From positions 1-43,843 of the forward strand of contig JBDTCS010000091.1 in assembly GCA_039923455.1 (NCBI GenBank): a stretch of DNA of 43,843 bases, written 5' to 3'. Below the pieces are notes generated by a model, which ran no database searches, was not told the DNA's origin, and worked only from the letters and a program-made list of their open reading frames with translations. This document shows, one piece after another, positions 29,001 through 37,072 of this stretch. The position numbers and the translations under genes were made by a program. Position 1 is the stretch's first letter; every line of letters begins with the position of its first letter. This DNA comes from Candidatus Kapaibacterium sp. Lineage in GTDB: Bacteria > Bacteroidota > Ignavibacteria > Palsa-1295.

Positions 29001-29835
29001 TGTTCAGTTGGATGGAGTGGACAACGCGTACTTTTCCGTATTGAGCGGCGGTGGCTCGTTCGTTCTTCGACCAGGTCAATCGAGAGCAATTGAGCTTCGT
29101 TTCTCGCCACTTGGTTCGAAGCTATATAAGGCAGCTATCATTCTCAAACGCTCGGGCTCAGAAAGTCCGATAATGATACCGATCGAAGCTGTTGCAACGG
29201 CTCCTGAAATTCAACTTGTCGCGCACGCTATTGATTTTGGAAATATTCATTCAACTCCCGAACGCGATAGCATCGTCTCGTTTGGAGCTGCCGGCCTGCC
29301 GAGCACAAAAGATTCACTGCATATCCTATCGATCAGTATCGTCGGCTCGCAGGCAAGCGACTTCTCGGTGACTTCCGGCAACACGCCGTATGCGATCACG
29401 GGGACTGATTCTGTGAATCTATTATTTCGATTTCAGCCGCACTCCATCGGAAAAGAAACAGCGCTTTGTATAATTACGAGTGATGGTATTCGAACTTCCG
29501 ATACGATTCTGTTATCGGGATATTCCGAGAAGAGTGGGATAGAACCGATCGCTGATCTGCGTGCCTCGCAGATTTCGCTGAGGTGCGCACCAAATCCCAT
29601 TCATAACACCGGCACAATTTGGATTAATTCGATCAAGAGTCTTGTTGGTAAGGCGTACGATGCAAGACTGCTCGATATGCTCGGCAGAGAAGTTGTTGCT
29701 TGGAAGCGTGGAAGTATTTTGAGTCCAAGAAGCAGGCTTGAACTTGCTGCGGCTCAAGTTCCGAGTGGGCTCTATGAGTTTGAAGTGCGAGTTGGTGAAG
29801 TTGTTGCACGTCAGGAGATCATTGTGAAGCATTGA
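26086..29835 (+). CDS. Secreted Asp-box (BNR/VPS10/YCF48-like) beta-propeller protein with four ASH/choice-of-anchor-D-like Ig domains and a T9SS type A C-terminal domain
   Basis: Signal peptide, repeated S.D.G.TW Asp boxes, HAD.R, GNQDN, GDGF and ATYGRG. Ig-like modules (IDFG..., LRF.P). CTD features PNP...DMLGREV...SGLY. Confidence 0.85.
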   Translation: MRLFVRVGALAVLILSLTQSFAFGQTRTDETRESMPGELARREAIEFQRASGRTPTQLLNEWRSKEFRPTLQFPIATPTYAWDFLGPQNQSGRILTISAIPGTSQLLAGSSGGGIWKFARDGNWHNKTDNFPSLKMTASAVSHVDPSIAMMGTREGFLYVSIDSGESWSVLNTAPGANVASIAFHPKLRNTCLVATDDGLMITTDLGSTWSVLAQGRAKNIWIDADHPEVIYYGRMGATKPYAKTSIMRSTDGGKTFNSILDFSTGYYSNALYSVCKSQPNVIWAASDSSFTIMRSIDTGLTWKVCGSSPLLSSNDNLLYTLNADPNDPLSVACGGIGLNFSNDAGESWYTNDDGVLHADIRAVAFTGGMNAVVAGDGGVFVTSNYLDYIISWKYIGQGLVTLEAYNVTGSPDSTDIIIAGNQDNAYVKYSHSKTNWLTTTGDGFVGIYDPRNPKTFYHEYTLMNIHKSSDGFTQWGAKAMRGLPTTAQPFDGITPDTVDWYGQALTMDPRNSSRLYCGTSKLYQTKDGATNWSLASFTKLSRGGAITAIAVNPLDSMKMIVGSEDGLVSVSRDQGFTWDSISSNQFGGQFTKVYSIVYDPKHPLKVYLSLRIDPGGTPIYRSVDGGKHWEAASAGLPQGFTSRLLVDSRNPDTLYVGTMNGVYVSLDRGTNWNVLSGLPNVEVRDLAWEMLKDSVGVTSRCLLVATYGRGIVRGLPPIILATQPDTIRMRSSVIGQNNDTIVSPIYTNFGQTSVTISGLRWIGQDSDGFSFLSIPKSVTLRSGESYVLPVRFLAAAQRVFSATLSFKPSTIATTTLIQFTAAGNRPVLTANASRIDFGSVAAGAAQDTLTTLSAAGLTTSFDSVHVDSTFIMGPNASDFSLTTASSPFALSSSDTKQLSFRFSPRVPGLELAYVVIASDDIRKRDTIFLSGFSVGHLDTLRFRTVRIGTVEDSVFELAYRNDGSQTLSIQDVQLDGVDNAYFSVLSGGGSFVLRPGQSRAIELRFSPLGSKLYKAAIILKRSGSESPIMIPIEAVATAPEIQLVAHAIDFGNIHSTPERDSIVSFGAAGLPSTKDSLHILSISIVGSQASDFSVTSGNTPYAITGTDSVNLLFRFQPHSIGKETALCIITSDGIRTSDTILLSGYSEKSGIEPIADLRASQISLRCAPNPIHNTGTIWINSIKSLVGKAYDARLLDMLGREVVAWKRGSILSPRSRLELAAAQVPSGLYEFEVRVGEVVARQEIIVKH

Positions 29836-29882
29836 GATGGTGTGTTGGATAGGCGGGGTGTGTTGATTAACTTGTTGTGTTG

Positions 29883-32800
29883 ATGCTAAGATCAATTGGG
29901 ATTCGTGGTGGAATCGTACTTGTGGTTTGCTTGCGTGTTTCGCTTGCACTTGGGCAAGTGACGGAGCCGTTCGGCGAACGAGAATGGATGACAGGTGAAC
30001 TCGCACGTAGACAAGCGATCTCACTCCAACAGGAGAGTGGCATCACTCCGGATCAAATGCTCGAGGCGTGGCGCGCACGAAACTCTGATCAAAAATTTTC
30101 GACGACGGCAACAGGCCTCCCAACATTCTCATGGGAATTTCTTGGTCCTGAAAATCAATCGGGTCACGTGCAAGCACTCGCCGCAATCCCGGGTTCGATG
30201 GAAATTCTTGCCGGTGCCTCGGGGGGTGGAATATGGAAATTCAGCAAAGACTCTGTCTGGAGAAACAAGACGGATAACTTTCCCTCGCTAAAGATCTCAA
30301 CTGCGGCTGCCTCATCAGCACAAAAAGGACTCTATGCAATGGGCACACGCGAGGGATTCGTATATCTCTCGACCGATAGTGGTACTTCGTGGGCCGTCGC
30401 GGCAAAAGCTCCAGGTGCAAATATCATGTCGCTTGCCTTCAGTCCGCAAGCAGCTCGGGTGATTTACGCTGCAACCGATGCTGGTCTCATGCGGTCAACG
30501 AATCTTGGTGGAAGTTGGACCTCGATTGGTGCGGGACGCGCACGTTCTGTGATTCTCGATCCGACGAATCCTGCTTCGATTTATTACGCCAAAGAGGCGA
30601 CGGAGTGGCCAAATTCTTCTGTTAATTTGATGCACTCGAACGATGCGGGTGCGACCTTCACGCCGATCTATCATTTTTCGACCGGATATTATTCCGACGT
30701 GCTTTTTAGCATGTGCAAAGCGCACCCACTCGTTATGTGGGCGGGCTCCGATTCTTCACACACCTACGTCAGGTCGGAAGATGGTGGTGTTACTTGGCAG
30801 CAATGTGTGACTGCTCCTTACCTGGATTCGTACAACAATGGTTTCTGGAGTTTCACTGCCGATCCGGTGAATCCACTGGTCGCAATCGCAGGCGGGCCGC
30901 CACTATTTCGAACGACGGATGGGGGCAAGAGCTGGGCTCGCATTGATAGCACGGTGCATGCTGATCATCACACATTCATCTTCTTGGGCGGGTCACGTGC
31001 GGCACTCGGTTGTGATGGAGGAGTCTATGTAACGGAGGACTACATGGCTCGAATGCCGATCTGGCGATATCAATCTACAGGACTCATCACCCTCGAAGCA
31101 TATAACGTTGCCGGAAGCCCGGATGGGCAAGATATTGTGATCACCGGTTGTCAGGACAACGGTTATGATAAGTACGAAGCGGATACGAAAAAATGGAGAG
31201 TAGTTGGCGGCGATGGATTCGCGACGCTATACAGTTCGAAGGATCCGAACATCTTCTATCATGAATACACCGATATGAATCTGCATCGTGCGCTCGATGG
31301 ATTCACGTGGTGGAGTGAGAAAGTGATGAACGGCCTGCCTACAACAGCCGATTTTTACACAGGAATTTCAGGCGCACCTGTCGATTGGTATGGACAAGGT
31401 ATCACGATGGATCCGCAAAATTCGGACGTGCTTTACGCGGGCACGGATAGCTTGTTCAAGACGGTCGATGGTGGAGACAATTGGAAACTTGCCTCAACTG
31501 CGCAGTTAACAACGGGTGGCTCCATTACAGCTATCACGGTTAGTCCGATTGACTCGATGCGCATCTTCGTCGGTTCGGATGCTGGAATGGTTTCGGTGAC
31601 CTCCAACGGTGGTTCTACTTGGTTTACAGTTCCGAAAGCACAGTTCGCCGGACAACAGGGAAGAATTTATTCGATTGCGGCTGATCCGAAGAATGTGAAT
31701 CGTGCATATCTTTCGATGCAGGTAGGAGGTAGCGGCACTCCGGTATACGCGACAACCGATGGCGGTTATACATGGAAGGCAAGGACGCAAGGCTTACCGA
31801 AAGCAACGACAAGCAGGTTGCTAATCGATACGGATCGACCGGATACCCTCTATGTCGGTACGAGTCTCGGAATCTATGTGTCGCTCGATGCCGGCACAAG
31901 TTGGTCACTGATGCCAGGACTTCCGACGGTTGAAATTCGCGATCTTGAGTGGCATGTGCTGAACACTGCGACAAACGGCCCAACGAGATGCATGCTCGTC
32001 GGCACGTATGGACGTGGAATATTGCGAGGAACGCCGGTTAGTCCCATCACGCATCCGGACACCCTTCGTTTTGCTTCGACACTCGTCTCGACGACTCGGG
32101 ATAGTACGTTCGCGGCAGTGATAACAAATGCTGGGCTCGCTACGCAAAGCTTTGAGAGTGTGTCGATCCATGGGCTCGACTCTGCTCGATTCTTGATTCT
32201 GGCTGGTGGACTTCCATTCACGCTTCAACCGGCAGAGTCACACGCAGTCGCACTTCACTTTGCGCCAAAAGCTGTTGCAGGTTATCATGCGTCGCTCGAA
32301 GTGACACAAACCGGAACGGCTGCCCCGATTCGGATTGCCGTGGAGGGGTCTGGAGTCATTCCGGCGCTTCGAATGGCTCCTGCTATTATCGATTTTGGTT
32401 CTATTGCACTCTCTCAGAAAAAAGATTCGTCAACGATCATCACGACGAGTGGCTTGCCGACGGAGCGTGATTCGATTCACATCTCGGCCATAACAATAGT
32501 TGGAGTGAACGCAAATGCCTTTTCCATTACTTCGAAGAATCTCGTATTCGCGCTCGCCACAGGTGAATCGAAACAAGTTAGCGTCAGGTACACGCCTATT
32601 AGTTTCGGGAGTGAACACGCGCTTTTGATCATAAGCAATGATGCGATCAAGGGGCTCGATACTGTTCAACTCATGGGAGCGGGAGTCACGAGCGGTGTCT
32701 CGGCAACGGCAGACTTGAGTAGTCCAGATCTGCAAATACAATGTTCGCCGAATCCGATGCGCGCGTCGGGGATCATTCGGATGAAGAGTAGTCCGTCGAT

Positions 32801-32993
32801 GAATGGAAAAGTTTACTCAGCAATTTTGCTCGATGAATCCGGAAGAGAGATTCGCAACGTACGATCGGGTCGCGTTACGGAATCAGTAGAGGAATGGAAA
32901 CTCGATGTAAACCAAATTGCAAGCGGACATTATTTTCTTGAGATCCGACTCGGAGCTTTATCCGCAAGACAAGCGATCATCGTGAATCACTGA
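29883..32993 (+). CDS. Paralogous Asp-box beta-propeller protein with two ASH-like Ig domains and a T9SS CTD
   Basis: Colinear with the upstream gene (FLGP.NQSG, NKTDNFPSLK, MGTREGF, YHEYT.MN.H, VDWYGQ, PDTLYVGT, TYGRGI). CTD CSPNP...SGHYFLEI. ATG29883 is preferred. Confidence 0.85.
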   Translation: MLRSIGIRGGIVLVVCLRVSLALGQVTEPFGEREWMTGELARRQAISLQQESGITPDQMLEAWRARNSDQKFSTTATGLPTFSWEFLGPENQSGHVQALAAIPGSMEILAGASGGGIWKFSKDSVWRNKTDNFPSLKISTAAASSAQKGLYAMGTREGFVYLSTDSGTSWAVAAKAPGANIMSLAFSPQAARVIYAATDAGLMRSTNLGGSWTSIGAGRARSVILDPTNPASIYYAKEATEWPNSSVNLMHSNDAGATFTPIYHFSTGYYSDVLFSMCKAHPLVMWAGSDSSHTYVRSEDGGVTWQQCVTAPYLDSYNNGFWSFTADPVNPLVAIAGGPPLFRTTDGGKSWARIDSTVHADHHTFIFLGGSRAALGCDGGVYVTEDYMARMPIWRYQSTGLITLEAYNVAGSPDGQDIVITGCQDNGYDKYEADTKKWRVVGGDGFATLYSSKDPNIFYHEYTDMNLHRALDGFTWWSEKVMNGLPTTADFYTGISGAPVDWYGQGITMDPQNSDVLYAGTDSLFKTVDGGDNWKLASTAQLTTGGSITAITVSPIDSMRIFVGSDAGMVSVTSNGGSTWFTVPKAQFAGQQGRIYSIAADPKNVNRAYLSMQVGGSGTPVYATTDGGYTWKARTQGLPKATTSRLLIDTDRPDTLYVGTSLGIYVSLDAGTSWSLMPGLPTVEIRDLEWHVLNTATNGPTRCMLVGTYGRGILRGTPVSPITHPDTLRFASTLVSTTRDSTFAAVITNAGLATQSFESVSIHGLDSARFLILAGGLPFTLQPAESHAVALHFAPKAVAGYHASLEVTQTGTAAPIRIAVEGSGVIPALRMAPAIIDFGSIALSQKKDSSTIITTSGLPTERDSIHISAITIVGVNANAFSITSKNLVFALATGESKQVSVRYTPISFGSEHALLIISNDAIKGLDTVQLMGAGVTSGVSATADLSSPDLQIQCSPNPMRASGIIRMKSSPSMNGKVYSAILLDESGREIRNVRSGRVTESVEEWKLDVNQIASGHYFLEIRLGALSARQAIIVNH

Positions 32994-33032
32994 TTGGAGC
33001 AGGTTGTCGAAAAGGATCGAAGGGGATTCTCC

Positions 33033-33314
33033 TTAGAATCCCATTATCGCGAGCTCTCTGAGGATAGAGGAGACTTCAGGGTGTTTCATTAGCTCTTCAT
33101 AGAGCCAGCTGGATTCGGTCTTCGTCCTGTCCAGATGCCCCTGAAGCTTCTCATTATCCTGTGCAGCCGCAGCTTCTTTTATCGCGATCAGATTCGCTTT
33201 CTCCGCTTCGGATACTTTGTCAGAAACTGATTGATGCATTGCATCAAAGGCTTTGCGAACCTCCTCGCGAGTGCGAGTTGGATTTTGTTGGTTCTCCTCG
33301 GGTGCGTCAATCAT
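33033..33314 (-). CDS. Small helical hypothetical protein, possibly DUF4404-like
   Basis: 93 aa with an ATG start, amphipathic helices and a C-terminal HP...L..MG(F) pattern recalled from DUF4404. The family call is unverified. Confidence 0.65.
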   Translation of the reverse strand: MIDAPEENQQNPTRTREEVRKAFDAMHQSVSDKVSEAEKANLIAIKEAAAAQDNEKLQGHLDRTKTESSWLYEELMKHPEVSSILRELAIMGF

Positions 33315-33406
33315 GGTGTTCTGCGGATCAAACTTGAATAACTTCTCGTACTACTACGGAATAACAAGCAATTTCCGATCCAGTTTCAATTTTTTGATTG
33401 CTCTCG

Positions 33407-36187
33407 TCAATGTAATACTTGCATTCGCTTTGTGATCACTCCTTCCGGTGTGATTAATCGGTAAAGAATTGTCTGCGAGGGAAGTTTTCCTGGAGTCCAG
33501 TCAAACGAGTGCTTCCCCGCCGAAAGCGATTCGTTCGCGAGTGTGGCGATCATGCGACCTGCGGGATCGAATAATTCCAATGCAGCAAACTCCTGTTTCG
33601 GAAGCTCAAATTGGATTGTCGTGCTGCTGTAGACAGGATTCGGATAGTTAGTGAGTCCCAGATCGAACTCTGAAGCTGGCGCATTCGGTGACGCTACTCC
33701 GAGTGTGACTACCGAAGAATAAACTCCCTTGCCTTGCGTAGCAACCGCGACAACTCCATCCGATTCTCGGGCATCGATCATCTCGACCGTGATGGTTCCG
33801 ATCGTGCTTGCGCCTTCACGCGTCCAAGTTGTTGATGCACCCGAGATGTCGGTGGTTGAAAATAATCCGATGGTTGTGCCGAGGTAATAAAACGTCTTTG
33901 CGCCATTGTGAAGGATAGATACCCAACGGCACGAAGGACCGTTACCCGATCCATCCGGATTTTCCTCTATGTTTCCACTGATGTTTCTCCAACTTGCGCC
34001 TCCATCACTCGATGCAAAAATACTTTGCACGCTATAATTCGAAAAGACAGCGATAATTTGCTCCGCGTCTCGTGGATCGACTGCGATGCAACTAATAAAT
34101 GCGTTTGGAGGGAAGAGCGGGCTTGATATCTCTCTGGGCATCGGATCACCTACGTGTGCATCATCGACTCGGAAGATTTTGCTCTGACTCGTAGCATAAT
34201 ACAATCGATGTGAGGGCAACGTCGATACAGCGACTGCGCTGATCACAGATGTGTCAACAATCTCCGTAGACAAAAGCTTATCCCAATTGAGGGATGTGTT
34301 CTGATTATTGTTGTTCGGGATAGCCGTCAGATCTGAGTTGCGCCAAATGAAATGCCCTGAAGCCAGGTACATCACTTTGGTGTTTGTTCGGTCGAGCGCA
34401 AATGGAGCGACGAACACCGAAAAATCATTCGTATTATCGATAGGCGTCACATCCGCGTAGCTCGTCGGATTGAATTGTGCATCATAGCCGAAACGGGAGA
34501 CATTTCCAAATTGACTCGCCGAATACAGTGCGTGCTCATTTCCGCCAATTGCCGAATAGCAGCCGTCTCCACCACCTACCATATCCCATGGAGTATCACT
34601 GCCATTTGTCGTATACGATCCGTTATCTTGCAAACCACCCAGCAAGAGCGGATCTCCGGTTGCCATGTGATCGAGTGCAACAGAGACGAAAAGTGTCGAA
34701 TGATATCCGCTATTCAGATTTTCCCAGATGACCGAATCGACATTGTTGTCGGTCTCGAAAATTCCACCATCCGTCCCAGAGTACATCGCGTTAGGATTCG
34801 AGGGACTGAATATCAATACATGATTATCCGGATGATGGCCTGGATAAAAGCTATTCGGTCCATAGCCTCCGATCCAACTCGTGTGATTCGAGGTGTTGAA
34901 TCCATCCGTGCTTCGATAAAGATTGGTGCCCCCCAAAAAGACAGCATTCGTATCGCTTGGTTTCACGGATACCATGAGTGCGTATCCACCAAGTGTATTT
35001 GTAGAATATCCACCTGACGGATTTGTAGGATCATAGGGTAAACTTTGCGATCTATTTTCCCACCTTCCGCCCAAACCAACACCAGTGCCTGAAAGATATT
35101 TATATTTCCAAAAACTATGTCCGGTTTGATTCGTACCGGGAGTCTCCATAAAAGCATAAACGATATTCTGATCGCTCGGCGCAAGCGCTAAGCGCATTCG
35201 ATTCGTTTGTGCGGGCCAACCAGTAGTTGGAGTGATTGCCTTCCAGGTCAGCCCATCGGTCGATCTCCAAATACCGGCGGAAATCGATGAGCCACCATCG
35301 AGTGTATACGAACTCAATGCGGCATAGAGCACTCCGTTCGTCGTCATCACAAGATCGCTACAGAATGATCGATAGGTCGTGTCGCCGAGGACTCTTGTCC
35401 ATGAAGTGCCACCATCGGATGAACGCATGATGCCGGTATAACAAGCGGCATAGATTATATCCTGTGCGGTGTTCGGATCGAGCACGATATTCCAAACGCC
35501 ATCGAATGCCTGATCGAGATCGTTTGGCTTCTTAGTTACGGTCGAGGGCAGGGGAGTCCAGGTCACACCTTGATTGGAAGATCTGTAAATTCCGTTTCCA
35601 AGGTCACGTGTGCGCCATCTGGGTGGACTAACGATACTTGCACGTCGCCAAGTTGTGCTAAGCAACTCCCCGGTTCCATAGTACCAAATGTTGTGATGAT
35701 TGGCGCGGATATCTTGGGCAAGACATGTTGCGTCATGGAGTTGATCGGGAGCTGTTGTCGCGGTCCACGAATGTCCGGTATCGATCGAACGCCAAACGCC
35801 GCCTTGTGCAGAGGCCGCGAGTATGATGCTTTCATCGTCTCTATCCAATGCAATATCAAGCGTTCTGCCACCGACGTTATTCGGGCCGCGAGATATCCAA
35901 TCAGTTCCTACAGCCAGTGTGGAAGATGGGGAGGCGCTCTTAAAGCTTGCCGCACGCTGATCAAGTTTGTGACTGAACGCGAGTTCGCGCCTGCGAATGT
36001 CGAAAGGGATTTCGCCAGTTGCGGGATCGTGCAACTTAAGCCAGTCATAGTATTGCTTTGCTGCGGTATTTTCTTCCGAAGCTGACTCCTTCACAGCGCG
36101 ATGCAGCACCGGTGTATGCGAAAAATTGTGACCTGCAAGGAACACTCCTAATGCGAGAAGCGAAATGGAGAAGAGTACACGTTTCAT
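33407..36187 (-). CDS. Secreted Asp-box beta-propeller protein with a T9SS type A CTD
   Basis: Signal peptide from MKRVLF, DPATGEIP, WISRGPNNVGGRT, multiple S.DGG.SW boxes, HPDNH, GGLQDNG, GGGDG and ATQGKGV. CTD NYPNP...FELPK...FDPAGR. Confidence 0.87.
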   Translation of the reverse strand: MKRVLFSISLLALGVFLAGHNFSHTPVLHRAVKESASEENTAAKQYYDWLKLHDPATGEIPFDIRRRELAFSHKLDQRAASFKSASPSSTLAVGTDWISRGPNNVGGRTLDIALDRDDESIILAASAQGGVWRSIDTGHSWTATTAPDQLHDATCLAQDIRANHHNIWYYGTGELLSTTWRRASIVSPPRWRTRDLGNGIYRSSNQGVTWTPLPSTVTKKPNDLDQAFDGVWNIVLDPNTAQDIIYAACYTGIMRSSDGGTSWTRVLGDTTYRSFCSDLVMTTNGVLYAALSSYTLDGGSSISAGIWRSTDGLTWKAITPTTGWPAQTNRMRLALAPSDQNIVYAFMETPGTNQTGHSFWKYKYLSGTGVGLGGRWENRSQSLPYDPTNPSGGYSTNTLGGYALMVSVKPSDTNAVFLGGTNLYRSTDGFNTSNHTSWIGGYGPNSFYPGHHPDNHVLIFSPSNPNAMYSGTDGGIFETDNNVDSVIWENLNSGYHSTLFVSVALDHMATGDPLLLGGLQDNGSYTTNGSDTPWDMVGGGDGCYSAIGGNEHALYSASQFGNVSRFGYDAQFNPTSYADVTPIDNTNDFSVFVAPFALDRTNTKVMYLASGHFIWRNSDLTAIPNNNNQNTSLNWDKLLSTEIVDTSVISAVAVSTLPSHRLYYATSQSKIFRVDDAHVGDPMPREISSPLFPPNAFISCIAVDPRDAEQIIAVFSNYSVQSIFASSDGGASWRNISGNIEENPDGSGNGPSCRWVSILHNGAKTFYYLGTTIGLFSTTDISGASTTWTREGASTIGTITVEMIDARESDGVVAVATQGKGVYSSVVTLGVASPNAPASEFDLGLTNYPNPVYSSTTIQFELPKQEFAALELFDPAGRMIATLANESLSAGKHSFDWTPGKLPSQTILYRLITPEGVITKRMQVLH

Positions 36188-36329
36188 GAATTTGCAATGG
36201 ATGGTAAGCTGCACGGGTCATGCAAGGCGTCGAAGTCGCACAATGCATAAAGATCACGAGCAAAGGTAACCCTCGAATGCATCCAATCCGTTCTCAGTAG
36301 ACTATCCTGCCAGTCGTGTCAGGTGGTGC

Positions 36330-37046
36330 TTAGCCGAGCAAGAATTGGACATTCGCACCTGGTGCAATCTCAAGCCCGGCAGCGTCATTGACAAAAATGC
36401 GTGCAGGACTTGAACCGATCAATTGCAACTCGTCATTTTCTAAACGGAGCATCGTACCCTCACGCAAACCAACCACGTACACATTCGGATTGACTTTCGT
36501 AAACTCTGCCAATCTGTCTTCGCGTGTTTCACCACGCTGACCCGGCAGTGATTCATTGGTGAAATGCGGGTTGAGTTGAAACGGGACCAAGTTCAGTGCA
36601 CCAAGCGATGGTGGCTCCACAATTGGCATATCGTTTGTGGTCTTGATCGTTGGTGCAGCGACGTTCGAACCGGCACTCCAGCCGACGTATGGCACACCGC
36701 TTTCCACACGCTCGCGAATTTCATTCAAGACGTTCGCTTGATATAAACCTCGGAGTAAATGAAACGTGTTGCCTCCACCGATCATGATCGCTTCTGCTTC
36801 GCGCACGGAAGCAACCGGATCTTTTGCATCGGCGATCGAATCGACCTCGAAGCCGATTAGCGCCATACGTTCGCGGACCATCGCGGCATAACTTTCAAAG
36901 GTAATACGCACTCCGGCAAATGGAACAAAGAGAATGCGCTTGACATCGCTGCCAAGAAACTCCTGAATGATCGCACTCGGATATTGCAAAAATGGCTCGC
37001 CCGCGTTGGTCGAATTGCTAAGCAGTAGAAGGCGTTTGTCTGACAC
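36330..37046 (-). CDS. pepE: Dipeptidase E (peptidase S51)
   Basis: LLLLSNS, GGGNTF.L, nucleophile motif GWSAGSNV, TTNDMP, NPHF and GETRE.R..EF. Confidence 0.93.
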   Translation of the reverse strand: MSDKRLLLLSNSTNAGEPFLQYPSAIIQEFLGSDVKRILFVPFAGVRITFESYAAMVRERMALIGFEVDSIADAKDPVASVREAEAIMIGGGNTFHLLRGLYQANVLNEIRERVESGVPYVGWSAGSNVAAPTIKTTNDMPIVEPPSLGALNLVPFQLNPHFTNESLPGQRGETREDRLAEFTKVNPNVYVVGLREGTMLRLENDELQLIGSSPARIFVNDAAGLEIAPGANVQFLLG

Positions 37047-37072
37047 GCGATGTATTTTGAGATAATAAAAAG

